A DNA stretch of 64,000 nucleotides from Savitreella phatthalungensis (taxonomy: Eukaryota): assembly GCA_051599415.1 (NCBI GenBank), contig AP039695.1:496001-560000 (forward strand). Direction: 5' to 3'. Of the stretch, positions 11,039 through 23,500 are shown piece by piece; the stretch's first letter is position 1, and each line of letters opens with the position of its first letter. Position numbers and translations under genes: made by a program. Under the pieces are notes generated by a model that saw nothing but the letters and a program-made list of their open reading frames with translations, had not been told where the DNA came from and did not search any database.

Positions 11039-11577
11039 CGACGCCTGGCTCCTTCACGCACGTCGAGGCTGTCCTATTGACAGAAGAACGATGTCATCCA
11101 GTTATTAGCCTGTGCCAAGTCGAATGTGCATTCGAATATAGATACGTACTGCATTCGACGTACTCGAAAAGCCAACTCGAGTACTGGTTCCCGTTTCGAG
11201 ATTTGGTTGCTTTAAGAATACCCCGGGTTGTGGCGAGCTAGAAACGAACACTCACAACTCGAGAGCTGATACGGGCAACCGAGCTTGGGTCGAGCGTTTA
11301 CGCTTTATCGTTCGAGATAGGGCGATGGACGGCGCGAGTACTACTTGGACTGCCCCAACACAGTCGGAACGCCCAGAGGTCTTATTATGAACTTTCTCCA
11401 GTCGAGCACGTGCTAAACACGACAAAGCAGAAAGAGTCAATCTAACCAGACTGATGGCGTCACTGCATGCGAACGTGCTTGATGTATGTGCATATTACTA
11501 TGTGACCGGTATGGCAGACCTGATATATGGAATTAATGGCTATAGTCGCAGACGGTGATGCATGGTGGAAGGACCGC

Positions 11578-12387
11578 TCAGAAATGACCCGCGTGCTCTC
11601 CGAGACGGTCACCGACTGTGTTGTGGTCTGGCCTGTGCATGTGAGCCTTGTGACGCTTTTCGATGTCGGTGGAGGACCATGCATCATTTCTGCGCGAGTG
11701 TACTGCCGGGTAGAGATCCCAGATGAGGGTGACGAGGTAGAGCCAGAAGAGGAATGCTATGGTCCACTCCATGATGGCAGCGATGCCGGAGCTGTAGGCG
11801 CCGTCACGGCGATAGAAGATACCCATGACGATAGCAAAGACGATCGCGAGAATGATGATGAGGAGCTTGACGATGTATGATGCACGAAGCCAGCGTGCGG
11901 ATGCATAGTCGCTGTTGAGCCAGCCAATCTCGCTGCAGGTGAAGATGGCCGACAGCGCAACACAGACGATGAAGCCGATAGTCAAGTGCCAGTGGGTTGT
12001 GTCATACTGGAATGCGTTCTTGACTGCAAGGCCAATCAAGCAGCCGGAACCTCCAGCGGCAAAGAGGATCGCAAGCACGGACAATACGCGCTCGCGCCTG
12101 CGGATATTTGGGTCGAGACGAGCCTTGTGGCGAAGGTAGCGCTCGACGATGAGGGAGAGGATGAAGAAGCCGCCAGTGATGGAATTACCAACAACGAACA
12201 GTGTGCGCTGCGCATGAGTGGCGGCACCCAAGTAAGAGAGGTAGGGAGGTGTGCCGCCTGCTTCATACACTGGCCGTCCTTGAGCAGTCCAGATTGAGAG
12301 GAAGGCGATCAGCTCTCCGCCCCACATGATGGCGGCGACGAGAGGGATCCATGCATAGCCGAGTCCGCAGTATCGAAGTGCCGGCAT
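11578..12387 (-). CDS. sfk1: Frag1/DRAM/Sfk1-family membrane protein
   Basis: Six hydrophobic segments; WTAQGRP.Y, PYLSYLGA, ERYLRH..RL.PN, H..L...FI and AAIMEWTIAF motifs. Confidence 0.82.
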   Translation of the reverse strand: MPALRYCGLGYAWIPLVAAIMWGGELIAFLSIWTAQGRPVYEAGGTPPYLSYLGAATHAQRTLFVVGNSITGGFFILSLIVERYLRHKARLDPNIRRRERVLSVLAILFAAGGSGCLIGLAVKNAFQYDTTHWHLTIGFIVCVALSAIFTCSEIGWLNSDYASARWLRASYIVKLLIIILAIVFAIVMGIFYRRDGAYSSGIAAIMEWTIAFLFWLYLVTLIWDLYPAVHSRRNDAWSSTDIEKRHKAHMHRPDHNTVGDRLGEHAGHF

Positions 12388-13857
12388 GACTGGGAGGAAG
12401 AGAAGAGAAGATGATGGTGAAGCGTCGCAGGATGCGACTAGCTAGGAGGAACGAAATACGATCAGGAGCAGAAAAGCGACCTTGAAGCAAACGAGATCCG
12501 CGTCAAGAAGCTGCTTGTAGTTGTATGAGCAAGAGAGTGATTGGAAAGAAGCGCTGGAACGGAAGCTCGAGAGAGAAAGAGAAGTATAAAGGTCTAGCAG
12601 TGCTAGGGATATAGTTTCTGATGTGATGTAGTGTTGAGAGGCCCGTTGACGTAGGTAGACTAGACGCCTGTGTAAGTAGCTAGTCTCACAGTGTATTTTG
12701 CTCTTTTGGATTAATTCTGGCTGGGGTCACGGTCACACCGGGTCATACTGAAACAGCAATTGCAATCGAGTGTGTATAGTTTACATATTGTGTGATTTTG
12801 GCTATCATCATTAAGCCTGAATTTGAATTTTTGACACTTTTACCACTGTGGTAGATAGTTCAGATGGTGCACGTAGATGATGTTTTGGAATGAGTGGGAA
12901 TTCAGATTAATCGACGTCATCAGCGCAGGTGTCCAGTAGTTTTTGTTCCGTTTGATCGGTTTTAGACCCTGTGGAGATACAGACAAATAATTGCGTAGCA
13001 GAACGCGGTTTAGCCAAAAGTAAAATATCCATCTTCAATCTCACACGGAATAGATATGTGAAGTATTCAGGCCATGGCTCACTCCTACCTCAGCTCATCT
13101 GATTCACAGATTGTGGCAGTTCGGATCTTAATCCAAACCAAATCCAGTTTCAAGCCGGAGATCAGAGCCACGGGATGAAGCAGATTCCAGTCGTACACCG
13201 TTTGGGCTCTAAAATCAACTTCCCTAAACAACTCAACGGTGTGACCGCATCATATGGGCAGGAATATTTTTAGATTCCATGGCTCTGAACGGTAGGAATA
13301 TGAGTGCCTTCATTCACGAGACGGGACTTTCTATCAATTGTTCCTTAGACCACAAGAGCAGTAGAAAAGAGCCAGCTTGATCCTGCCACTGATCATTGCC
13401 TTCACATTCATTCATTCATACGTTGAATAACGAGCATCAAATTTTGAGCGAGAGGTTGAATCGCATGCGTCTCGAGTGATGTGGAAGACTCTCATTCAGT
13501 CAGATCGCACCAACCACTGGAGATTTAGACCAAATGCAGAACTCGAATGTGTGATGCCTAGTATCGTGAACGGGCTAACTGATGGCTGAGTATCCTAGAC
13601 AAGCTCACCCTTGACTCGACTGTGCTAGAGAGTCCAGTCATGGTTCCAACCTCAACTTCCAAGATTATTTGTGCAGCTATGGAGAGCCCGTCTCTAGCGG
13701 TGCTGAAGGGAAGAATCGACCCAGATGAATCAGTCCTCTCCTGCATTCGCCGGAAAACATGACCATTTGTTTGATTGCTTGAAACGTGCATTCGGTTGTT
13801 AGATACTCAAAAGAGACGGGAAATAGAATTGCAGAGAATCCAAGGCCAGTATTAAAT

Positions 13858-14198
13858 TCACTCACTCATTCACTCACTCACTCAATCACTCAGTCACTCG
13901 CATTGGACGAACGAGATCTTTCGTCATTGGTCATTCGTCATTCACCATTTGACCATTTTACCATTTAACCGTTTACCGTTCCATCCAAGATGATTCAACC
14001 ATGGAATGGCCATGGCCATGGCTTTCTCGACGATAAATTTGATCTAAAAATTCGAACCACACGTAGCATCGATGCACTACTGTACGGGTATATCCGATCA
14101 ATCAATCAGTCAGGCAATCAATCAATCAATCAATGCCACCACCAAGACAAAATCCAATGTATACATACACACACACACACACATACACACATACACAC
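13858..14198 (+). repeat. Mosaic of simple repeats upstream of the trehalose-synthase subunit gene
   Basis: (CACT)n at 13858-13899, degenerate TCATT/CCATTT units at about 13921-13985, (ATCA)n at about 14097-14133, and (CA)n/(TACA)n at 14161-14198, all read directly. Confidence 0.9.
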
Positions 14199-14594
14199 AG
14201 AGTACAGCATATGTAGACGCAAGATCAATCACTCCATCAAGCAATCAATCAATTCAACTTTATCACCTACCCTCCCTCATAGGCACATCCCCCATAATCA
14301 TACACGTTCAAGCAATAGAATACACACCTCTTCAGCTATACGAGAAAGGTGATGGCACTCTAAGCGAGCATCAACTTCCACCTCCTACCAATTCTTTCCG
14401 TCTCTCAAGCTCAATTGATCAAGAAGTCCTGATCCTGAGCTTAGTCACGGACGAAGGCATTCACCAGGGAAAGGGAAAGTAGAGTGAGGGTTTCGAAACG
14501 TCAAAACGTCAAGCAAACCATTACGCTATAGACTTGCTCCTCACTTCGATTGGTCATGGATTAGTCTACCAACATCTGCTTTGATTCTCCCGAC

Positions 14595-17500
14595 ATGACA
14601 ATCTTTGTTGCCGGACTCTTCTTGCCAAAGACTATCAAATTCGTGATTGAGGATGACGACGCTGACAGTACTGTCTCACCAGCACCGCCAACTTCAAGTC
14701 AAAGCATTCGCAAAGGTACGTCTGCTGGGCTCACAAGCACGACACACAGCAGTGACAGCAATGTCGTCAGTCCCACCACGCCATCGAAATGGGTGCACAA
14801 CAAATTCAGCAATGCCAAGGTGTCGGCCATGCACTCAAGTACGCTGGGAAACGGCTCTGCAGGCAATGCCTTAGACTCCAACATCATGAACACGCCTTTC
14901 GGGAATTCGCCGCAATCTGAGAATCACACACCACCAGATCTTTTCCATCGCAGACCTCCACCAGCATCGAGTGATCAAGCAACACCAGATGTTCAAATTA
15001 CCGCAGACTCTGACGAGCACGGGATCGGCTCACTTTCTGATCGTCTAATGAAAGCCACATCGCTGGAACCATCAGCTTTGTCGCGTGGCATCGCAAGGAA
15101 ACGGCTGAATGTTCCGCGCAGCCGTGCAGCAAGTCCTCCGCCTTCGGAACTCGTGCCGAGACCTGGTCTCGCCAGACTACCGAGTAAGACACGGCCAGCC
15201 GATGTAGATCTCCCACGTCCGGAAGACGTTCGTCGTGAACATCAGCTGTTCGAAAAGCTCGAGCTGCAGAAGCAGAAGCAGCAACAGGACAAGCAAAAGG
15301 AGGAGCAGCTATCGCACCGACCTTCACTCTCTCGTCCATCCACGGCAGGCAGTGCGGGCAGCTTCACTCACCGCCGTCGTCGCAGCAACAGCAGTAGCAG
15401 CAGCCATGATTTTCTGCGCAGACCGCCACCGCGGCGTAACTCCACTCGCGGGCGCTCTTACACCATCGATTCGAGATACAGTGAGGCGATGTATGAATTT
15501 TTCGATCAGCACATGGGCAACGGAGGTTTACAGAACGCCGTGCGCGCGGCAGTGCGAGATGGCAAGATCCAGCAGGTCATGTGGGTCGGAACGTGCGGTA
15601 TTCCACTTGACTCAATCGCGCGAGACGCCTTTGCGCGGATCGAGGCAGACTTCCAGCGCAGACACGACTCTCTCATCGTGCCAGTTCGAGACACAGACTT
15701 TGATCAGCATTATAACCACTTCTGCGGTCGCATCCTGTGGCCGCTGATGCACTACCAGGTGCCTGACAACCCGCGCGCCAAGATCTATGAAGAACATTCA
15801 TGGCAAAACTACGTGCGTGTCAACGAGGCCTTCGCAGAGCGTATTGCTGCGAGCTATCGTCGAGGCGACACTGTGTGGATCAACGATTACCATCTGCTGC
15901 TCGTCCCGGGTATGCTTCGCAAGCGCATTCCGAACGCCATGATTGGCCTCTTCCTTCACATTGCTTTCCCCTCCAGCGAGGTTTTCCGCTGCCTTGCCTT
16001 CCGCACAGAAATCCTCAAGGGCATGCTCGGAGCTAATGTGATCGCCTTCCAGACACAGGACTACGTGCTCCACTTCAAGCAAACCTGTAGTCGGTTGTTG
16101 TACGTTGAGACGACTGAACGTGGAATCCAGCTGGAGCACTCTTTCGTCGACGTCGCCGCCCTTCCCATCGGTATCGATCCACAGAAGCTCGGGGAATGCT
16201 TCAATTCGCCGGAGGTCCCGACGTTCGCACGCGCATTCAGGGACAAATACGCTCAGTACAAAGTCATCGTTGGCCGTGACAAGTTTGACCGTGTCAAAGG
16301 TGTCAAGCAGAAACTCCTTTCTTATGAACGCTTCCTGGCGGCGAATCCTGATTGGGTAGGCAAGGTGGTGCTAGTCCAATTTGGTTCCGGCACATCGGGC
16401 AAGGGCGATCGAGAGGTCCAGCAAGACATCTCCGACATTGTGACACGCATCAACTCGCGCTACTCGGTCATCTCATCTGGTTATGTGCCTGTCGTGCTTC
16501 AACAGGCAGACATCAGCTATGAGGAGTACCTTGCGCTCATGAGTGTGGCAGATTGCTTTATGGTCACGTCTCTTCGAGAGGGCATGAATCTGACGTGCCA
16601 CGAATACATCTTCTGTCAGCGAGAGAAGCACAACTGCTTGATCCTCTCTGAGTTTGCAGGGTCAGCTACCGTGTTGGACGACGGGGCCATCATGATTAAC
16701 CCCTGGGACTACGATCAAACGAGTCAGGCTCTTCGACAAGCACTAGAGATGTCCGCCACCGAAAAGGGTGAGCGCTGGCGCAAACTCTACAGAATCATTG
16801 AGAGTGAGGACGGGTCCAGCTGGGCTCAGGGTTTCCTGCGTCTCATCCAGCAGGACTACATTGAGCAGCAGCGCAGGCGCAGCGTCGATCTACCTGAGTT
16901 CCACGCTGAAGGTTTCCGTCACGCATACGATCGAGCGAGACGCAGACTGATTCTGGTGGACTACGAAGGCACCTTGCTGAACTGGGGTCCTCGTCAGCAG
17001 ATCATCGCAGGCACCGGTGTGGTCGTCGAAACGCTGAACAAGCTCTGCGCAGATGAGCGCAACATTGTCTACGTCACGAGCGAGCGCACGCCTTCAGAGC
17101 TCGAGCGGACCTTCAGACGTGTATCCAGGCTCGGTCTCGTGGCAGAAAATGGCGGCTACCTGCGATCCATCTCTGGAGACTGGCAAAACCAGACCTGTAG
17201 CCAGGACTTGCGGTGGAAGAAGGCCGTTCGCGAGCTTCTGCGCTACTATCGTGAGCGAACACCTGGCAGCATGGTCGAGGAGCAGAACAACCGCATGACC
17301 TTCCACTATGCAGCTGCGCGTGATCAGGTTGGAGCTATGCGTCAGGTTGCTGAGATCCTCAACCACATCAACGACTCATCCGGCGACACGTCAGCCCACG
17401 CTCTGCCGATGGAAGGCTCTCTCGTCGTCGAACCGTTGCGCATCAACAAGGCTACGGCGGCAGAATTTATTGTCACAAAACTCGAACCTGGCCTCACACA

Positions 17501-17864
17501 AGAACTCGACTTCCTCCTCGTCTTCGGTAATGATCGCGCGGACGAGGAGCTTTACAGCTGGGTCAACAAGTGGCAATACCCCGAAGGTACGCACGAGCAA
17601 CAAGGTTCTCGTGGGCTTCGTCCAACGTGCCTCACTGTCAATGTTGGCGTACGCAACACGGAAGCTCGAGCGTACGTCAAGACGACCTTTGGCGTTGTCT
17701 CTGCGCTCAAGTCTCTGAGTCATCCTCCATCGGCAGGGCCGACAGGCTCAGCTGGTGCTCCTGTAGGACACTCAACTGACCAAGTGCGCTCACACTCTGC
17801 CGGTGAACGACTGGAGCGTACTCCGATGTCCCGTCAGCCGTCATCTCATGGAGCACTTGGATAA
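14595..17864 (+). CDS. tsl1: Trehalose synthase complex regulatory subunit (GT20 + HAD trehalose-phosphatase-like domain; Tsl1/Tps3/TslA type)
   Basis: N-terminal MTIFVAGLFLP, a long disordered region, GT20 motifs (WINDYHLLLVP, FLHIAFPSSEVFRCL, SLREGMNLTCHEY, LSEFAG) and a HAD motif I of DYEGTL rather than DYDGTL. Confidence 0.88.
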   Translation: MTIFVAGLFLPKTIKFVIEDDDADSTVSPAPPTSSQSIRKGTSAGLTSTTHSSDSNVVSPTTPSKWVHNKFSNAKVSAMHSSTLGNGSAGNALDSNIMNTPFGNSPQSENHTPPDLFHRRPPPASSDQATPDVQITADSDEHGIGSLSDRLMKATSLEPSALSRGIARKRLNVPRSRAASPPPSELVPRPGLARLPSKTRPADVDLPRPEDVRREHQLFEKLELQKQKQQQDKQKEEQLSHRPSLSRPSTAGSAGSFTHRRRRSNSSSSSHDFLRRPPPRRNSTRGRSYTIDSRYSEAMYEFFDQHMGNGGLQNAVRAAVRDGKIQQVMWVGTCGIPLDSIARDAFARIEADFQRRHDSLIVPVRDTDFDQHYNHFCGRILWPLMHYQVPDNPRAKIYEEHSWQNYVRVNEAFAERIAASYRRGDTVWINDYHLLLVPGMLRKRIPNAMIGLFLHIAFPSSEVFRCLAFRTEILKGMLGANVIAFQTQDYVLHFKQTCSRLLYVETTERGIQLEHSFVDVAALPIGIDPQKLGECFNSPEVPTFARAFRDKYAQYKVIVGRDKFDRVKGVKQKLLSYERFLAANPDWVGKVVLVQFGSGTSGKGDREVQQDISDIVTRINSRYSVISSGYVPVVLQQADISYEEYLALMSVADCFMVTSLREGMNLTCHEYIFCQREKHNCLILSEFAGSATVLDDGAIMINPWDYDQTSQALRQALEMSATEKGERWRKLYRIIESEDGSSWAQGFLRLIQQDYIEQQRRRSVDLPEFHAEGFRHAYDRARRRLILVDYEGTLLNWGPRQQIIAGTGVVVETLNKLCADERNIVYVTSERTPSELERTFRRVSRLGLVAENGGYLRSISGDWQNQTCSQDLRWKKAVRELLRYYRERTPGSMVEEQNNRMTFHYAAARDQVGAMRQVAEILNHINDSSGDTSAHALPMEGSLVVEPLRINKATAAEFIVTKLEPGLTQELDFLLVFGNDRADEELYSWVNKWQYPEGTHEQQGSRGLRPTCLTVNVGVRNTEARAYVKTTFGVVSALKSLSHPPSAGPTGSAGAPVGHSTDQVRSHSAGERLERTPMSRQPSSHGALG

Positions 17865-18508
17865 GCCTCTGACGAAGCAGCAATTACATATTCAGTTGAC
17901 CATCCCTAAACCATTCCGTATTTCTTTATGAACGATCTCATGCTCACAGGCTATCGAGAGCCCTTCCAAACTCAAACTCGACCTCCGACTTCGTGAACTA
18001 CATTACCTCGACTCGGTACACGCTCCAACACGTCACCTTACCTCATTCAATCAGAGAGTCTTGGCAAAGGTCGACTTTTGAGATACGTGGAATTGGCTGA
18101 ATTGGTCAAAGACGATGTTGCCGCTCGAAAAGTCAATTCTGATGGCTGGTAAAATTTACTGGTCAACCGTGGTCAGATACAAATCACCGAAAGAGGAAGG
18201 CGTAGGCGAAGGATAGCTCTGGCACAGGCTGAAGAGCTCGATCGATGTAAGACCTTTGGGGAGCTGCAGGACTGGTCAGCTATTGGGAAGTCATTAAGTA
18301 TCTGAAGACAGAGCCCGGCGGACCTTCTCGAAGGCAGCGGGTGACGCCACCCGCGGACGCCAGGACTGCTTTCTCGACCATCTTCTGACTCTATCAGGCA
18401 GGTACGCGTCAGTGCTCTTCAGAGAAGCTTCCTCCAGGGACATGCACTATATCATGGCGATGCTTCGCAAAAATTCTGTCGACATTCTCTCGACAGCTTC
18501 CTTACGAC

Positions 18509-20377
18509 ATGCTTCAGAAGTTGCCGTTGGCGCTCGCCGCCGCGTACGCGACCGTCGCTACAGCTCAGACGACTTCGTCCGATCAAGAGAACTTTTCGAG
18601 CAATGGCACAGCTCTTTGCTTTAACTTCAATTCTACAACCTACGCAGCTGGCGCGAATACAACTGCGGACGTCTCATCGTTGCCGCCAAGTCGCGTGCTT
18701 GCGGGAGCTCTGGCAGATGCACTCGCACAGATTGACCAGATGAGCAGCTCGCTCGCTGCCGCCCAGTCGACCTTGCGTGCAAATGCCATTGCTGTTGTCG
18801 CTGCTGCAGTTACCACCACAACGACCCAATGCCCGCCACCAGTCACAGTGACCGCACTCCCGTCGCTCACAAGCCCCATCACCGTGGTCGCCTCGGGTCT
18901 CAGCCAGGTTGTGTCTGACCTCTCACAACCAGTCATCACACCCGGACCAGTGGCTCCTGGCGGTGCATCGAGCACAGTCTACGTCGCACCTTTCTCGAAC
19001 GCATTCGCTGCCCCGTCGGCAGGATCCGGTGTCGACGCTGTGCCCGCCAATGCTATTAACGTGCCGCAGGGTGGTTCTGGCGGTGCTGGACCTCAGGACT
19101 ATCCAGTCGGCAATGCAGGCATTGCCGCAGTTCCTACGACAACGGCATTTATCATGTCAGGTGGCTCGACGCTGGCGTCGTACGCCGTCTACCCGACAAC
19201 CGTGCCCTCGTCGATCGTCATCACCACAGACGGAGTGCCGACTGCAACCACACAGGTCCTGACACCTGATCCTACAGCTTCCGCGACCACCACCTTGGCT
19301 AACGGACAAGCCGTCACTCTTGCTCCTGGAAGCCAGTTGTCAACCACCACCTACACCGTCACACCCACGAATACTATCACCCAAGACGTCTGGGGTACCA
19401 GCACCGTCACCAGCAGCATCATTTCCACACGACCTGCAACGACAACGGCTCCCGCATCTACTGCATCGTCGTCTGCCTTGCCGAGTGGCACAGGTGCCGT
19501 TGGCGCTGGTTTCCAGACACTAGGCGGTAGCTCGTCAGCTGCCAGTCTGACTACCAGCGCAGGATCGAGCGCTGTACCGACAGGTGTATCTTCGCCGCCC
19601 TTCACGAACTCGACCGGCCCTGCGAGCAACTCTACCACCGATCCTGCTGGTTCGAACTCGAGCGGCAGCAGCGCCGACAACAGCACGATGTCCGCTGGCA
19701 ATCAGACAACGCCCTTGCCTATCCCAGCCCCCGGGCCATCATCAAATGACACCTCTTCTAGCTCGAGCACGCCACTCAACGGTACATCTTCCGCGCCAGC
19801 GTCAAATAACACTGGCAGCAGCACTGACTCGGACGCTGGTGCCTCAAATTCCGTTACTCCACTCAACGGAACCTCGTCATCCGCCGGCACTAGCGCAAGT
19901 AATGGCACAGAGTCTACCAGCAGCAGCACGCCAGTCCCGTTGAATGGCACCTCGTCCACGACACCAGCACCCGCAGACAACTCTACTGCCTCAGACTCCG
20001 GTACTAGCTCGAGCAGTAGCAGCAGCAACGGCACTGTCCCATTGTCTTCAAGTGGCGACAGCAACGACAACACAACAAGTAGCTCGTCTGTCCCGTTGAA
20101 CGGCACATCTTCCTCATCGCCGTCCGACAACTCGACCACATCATCGCCGGACTCTGGATCGAGCAACGGCAACGGCACAGTGCCACTGCCGATCGGTGGC
20201 GGCAGCGATAGCGGTAACAGTACCGATACTACGGGTTCAGGCAACTCGACATCGACACCCATTGGGCCAGCTTCCGCATCGACGACACTGGTCACCAGCA
20301 CCTTGAGTCCATCGTCCTCGGCGTCCGCTGTTCCTTCAGGAGCACCGTTCTCCAACTCGACTTCGGCCGGCGGCTAG
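18509..20377 (+). CDS. Secreted Ser/Thr-rich mucin-like protein with repeated PLNGTSS motifs
   Basis: Signal peptide MLQKLPLALAAAYATVATA; S/T/P/G-rich body; many N-x-S/T sequons; no C-terminal hydrophobic GPI signal. Confidence 0.8.
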   Translation: MLQKLPLALAAAYATVATAQTTSSDQENFSSNGTALCFNFNSTTYAAGANTTADVSSLPPSRVLAGALADALAQIDQMSSSLAAAQSTLRANAIAVVAAAVTTTTTQCPPPVTVTALPSLTSPITVVASGLSQVVSDLSQPVITPGPVAPGGASSTVYVAPFSNAFAAPSAGSGVDAVPANAINVPQGGSGGAGPQDYPVGNAGIAAVPTTTAFIMSGGSTLASYAVYPTTVPSSIVITTDGVPTATTQVLTPDPTASATTTLANGQAVTLAPGSQLSTTTYTVTPTNTITQDVWGTSTVTSSIISTRPATTTAPASTASSSALPSGTGAVGAGFQTLGGSSSAASLTTSAGSSAVPTGVSSPPFTNSTGPASNSTTDPAGSNSSGSSADNSTMSAGNQTTPLPIPAPGPSSNDTSSSSSTPLNGTSSAPASNNTGSSTDSDAGASNSVTPLNGTSSSAGTSASNGTESTSSSTPVPLNGTSSTTPAPADNSTASDSGTSSSSSSSNGTVPLSSSGDSNDNTTSSSSVPLNGTSSSSPSDNSTTSSPDSGSSNGNGTVPLPIGGGSDSGNSTDTTGSGNSTSTPIGPASASTTLVTSTLSPSSSASAVPSGAPFSNSTSAGG

Positions 20378-20530
20378 AGAAGCAATCCGGCTGGCCTATG
20401 TTGCTTTCTCTCTCACACACTGTAACGAATTCTCTTTCTGATTAGACATTATCCCGCCTCGAGCATGACGTGTGTTGCGTGAGTGAAAGAAAAATCTATA
20501 GTACATGCATCGCTCGCTCGCTCGCTCGCG

Positions 20531-23500
20531 CTAGACAAAGTGGACTTTACGCAAGAAGGCCTTGACCACAGAGTTGCCTTCAGCCCGCTCGATCTCTCGC
20601 ATGTGGTGCTCGATCGACTGGCGGATGGTCGTATCGTCGTTGAGTGCGAGTGCTGTGGCTAGCGCTGCCGCTGTAGACGCTGCATCTTCTCTGAGTGACG
20701 GGTACGATGAGTCTGTGATGAGGGGGACGATAGTCTCTTTCCATAGCGTAAAAGCGTTTTGAGATGAGAGTTGGTCACTTGTGGTCACAACCCTTTTCAC
20801 ACATTTAGCAACCTCAGACTTCACGTTCCATGCAGGACCGCTTTCGATCACACCCGCCAAAAGCCCAGACAGTGCTGAGAGGCGCTTGTCCTGCTCCATC
20901 GATGATCCCGATGACCGGTATGCGGCACCGATGCATGCGATAGAGCGTTGGAGCAGGACCAGCTTGATAGGGGTCTTTTGACGTTCGTCGTCGATGTCGA
21001 GATCTCGGGTGGTTCCGGTGGCGGAGATGCCGTTGGAGAGACTTGGCGAGAGGGATTCGAGGACTTCGTTGTAGACATCGACCTGTGTACAGCTTTCTAG
21101 CAGGGAGGCGAGATGTGTGAGTGCGTGCCGGCGGTAGTCGGCCTGAGTGCGCCCGGCTTCGGCGAGGACGGCGAGAATACAGGCTTTCTGTCGTTCAGGA
21201 TCGATTCGAGAAGCGCCTCTTTTCACCACAGCTGCAACAGCCGACAGGACTTCTTCCTTGCCCGTCCAGACTTTGCCCGGCATGGCGGAGAGTGCAAGCT
21301 CTAGTGCTCGGTCGAGTTGATCACCAAGGTCGGTGGCGCGTGCGACAGCTGCCAGCGTGGCTGCAGCTGTACGCTTGACACGCCATTTTGGCGAACTGAT
21401 GTGCTCAGCAATCAGATCAATCACCTGGGGCAAGAAGTTGCGCACTGTCGCAGCAGAACCGGTGTGCTGCTCCCACAATGACCTGAATTTGCCACGGTTC
21501 GTCTCGTCGGCATCATGCATACCAAAGAAGACCAGAGGCATGAATGTATCATGCATGCGCGAGAATGTGTCCGGGGCATAGGTGGCGATGCCCGAGATTA
21601 GATTGCTCAAGAGCAGGATCTCGTGCGAGTCGTCGGTGCTGGCGAAGTACTTCTTACGGAGAAAGTTGACAAGCTTGACCAGCTTCTGTGTGCTCGCGTG
21701 GCGGGACACGTATCCGGCAGCGGCGCCATACGCGGCACGGGCAGTCTCGTTCGAGTCTGTCAGTGCGCCGGACAATGCCTGCAAGAGCTCGTCTGCATAC
21801 GGCGCGATAAGGGCGGCCTTTCGCGAGCAAATCGAGATGATCGTCCGGGCACATGCAGCCTTGGTCGGCAGACCCTGGGAGGAGCGGACGACCGTACAGA
21901 TGCGCGAGATCGTCGAGGCGATCGAGTCGGCGGTCAGTCGGTCAATGCAATCTTCGATGGCACTCAGAACGGGCGACCCGTTAACTCCACTGACGCGAGC
22001 AGCATCGAGCTGCCCCTGAGTAATGTTATATTTGGCAGCATGAAAACTCAAATAGTTCACAAATTCCGGCTCAAGAGACGTAGTCATAACCAGCAACTCT
22101 TCGATCAGAGCTGGTAGATATGGCTGCAGTGGCCGGATAGCTTTCTTGCTGATGGCCAGGATCGTCTCGAGAGCAAAGCTGCTGACGTCTTGGGATGGAC
22201 TCTTGAGATTGGCGAAGAGCATCGGTAAACAGACCTCTAGCATTCGGTCATCGCGCGGTTGTGAAGTCTTTTGCTCCAAGGTCTTGAGTAATTCTTTCGT
22301 GAGGAGCTTAGACAGGGCAACGGCTGCCGTCCGAACAGACTCCTGCTGATCGTCCAGGACACGCACAGCTTTCTGCCAAATCTCTTCGAGCCGATCATGA
22401 GCTTTCTCTATGCGACCATTTGCAAGCAGAGCGGTCATTGCATTGCAACAAGCTTCTCGTCGACGCTCGTACTGCCCATTGATACCGGCTAGAAGCTCAT
22501 CGAGGACTATTTCGAACGATTGCTCCAGCGCATCGGCCTCGTTCGGGAACAGCTTGTCAAACATGGCGCCCATCGAGCTCGCCACATCTTTAGACGGATC
22601 GTGCTTGTAGATGAAGAGCTTAGGCAAGAGCCGTCGGTACAGCTTCGGATCTTTGTTGAGTACTGTTCGGCGAGCATTATCATCAAGCATTGCGCTGATG
22701 CCGAGTGCTGCACCTCGACGAGTACTCCACATTGCGTTTGCAGAAGATAGAGAAAGGAACTGATATATCATATCGTTGTTGCCCATGTCGAGGGCGAGAT
22801 CGCAGACGTCCCGGAACGTTGACAGCTTCTTGTTCTCTTTGCCGTCAGAAGCAGGTGCTGTTGCGCTGAGACCGGAGAAGATCTCAGAGTCTCGCTCGAC
22901 ACGTCCGCGTGAGGCTTTGGCATCAGAATCTGATGTGAAAATCGAGAAGATGTTGGTCACGAGCGAGTCCCTCGTAGCTTGATCGGCACGCACATACACC
23001 AGCTGAATACCTTGTGTGGCAGCATCCGCGATGAACTCGTCTGTGTCGGCCATGACAGATAGGAATGATCGGTGGATCTTGATCAGGTGAGCACTCAGCG
23101 CGGCCGATTGCTCAGGCAAGAACTGCAGTAGCGACAGCAGCCAGATCGTGCTCGCCTTCCGACGAGATCGCTGTGGGGCAGCCATACCAGGCAGCAGTGA
23201 CTCGCTGATGTAAGCGGCTGCCAATGCTTCATCGCCTCCAGGAGTCGGCACTTCGTCAGGCATCAAGCGTCGCATCGGAAGCGACTGTTGCCTGGCAAAG
23301 AGCATGGAAAGTGTCTCGCCAGCAGCCAGAAGAACATCAAGGGAGTCTTTGGTATGCAGCTCGTTGATGGCCTTGACGAGCTCAGACGTAGCATCACTCC
23401 CAATATGCGCGGCCGCGGCCAGGTAGCCGGTAGCGGTCAAAGTCGCATCAACTAGACTGTTGCTTTGTGACTTGAGTAGTCTCTGCAACAGATCAATCCT

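Noticed and set aside
20378..20425. Stop-codon readthrough adding a hydrophobic anchor to the mucin-like protein
   Set aside because: The TAG-AGA context is not a known leaky context, and the extension is too short and polar for a GPI signal.
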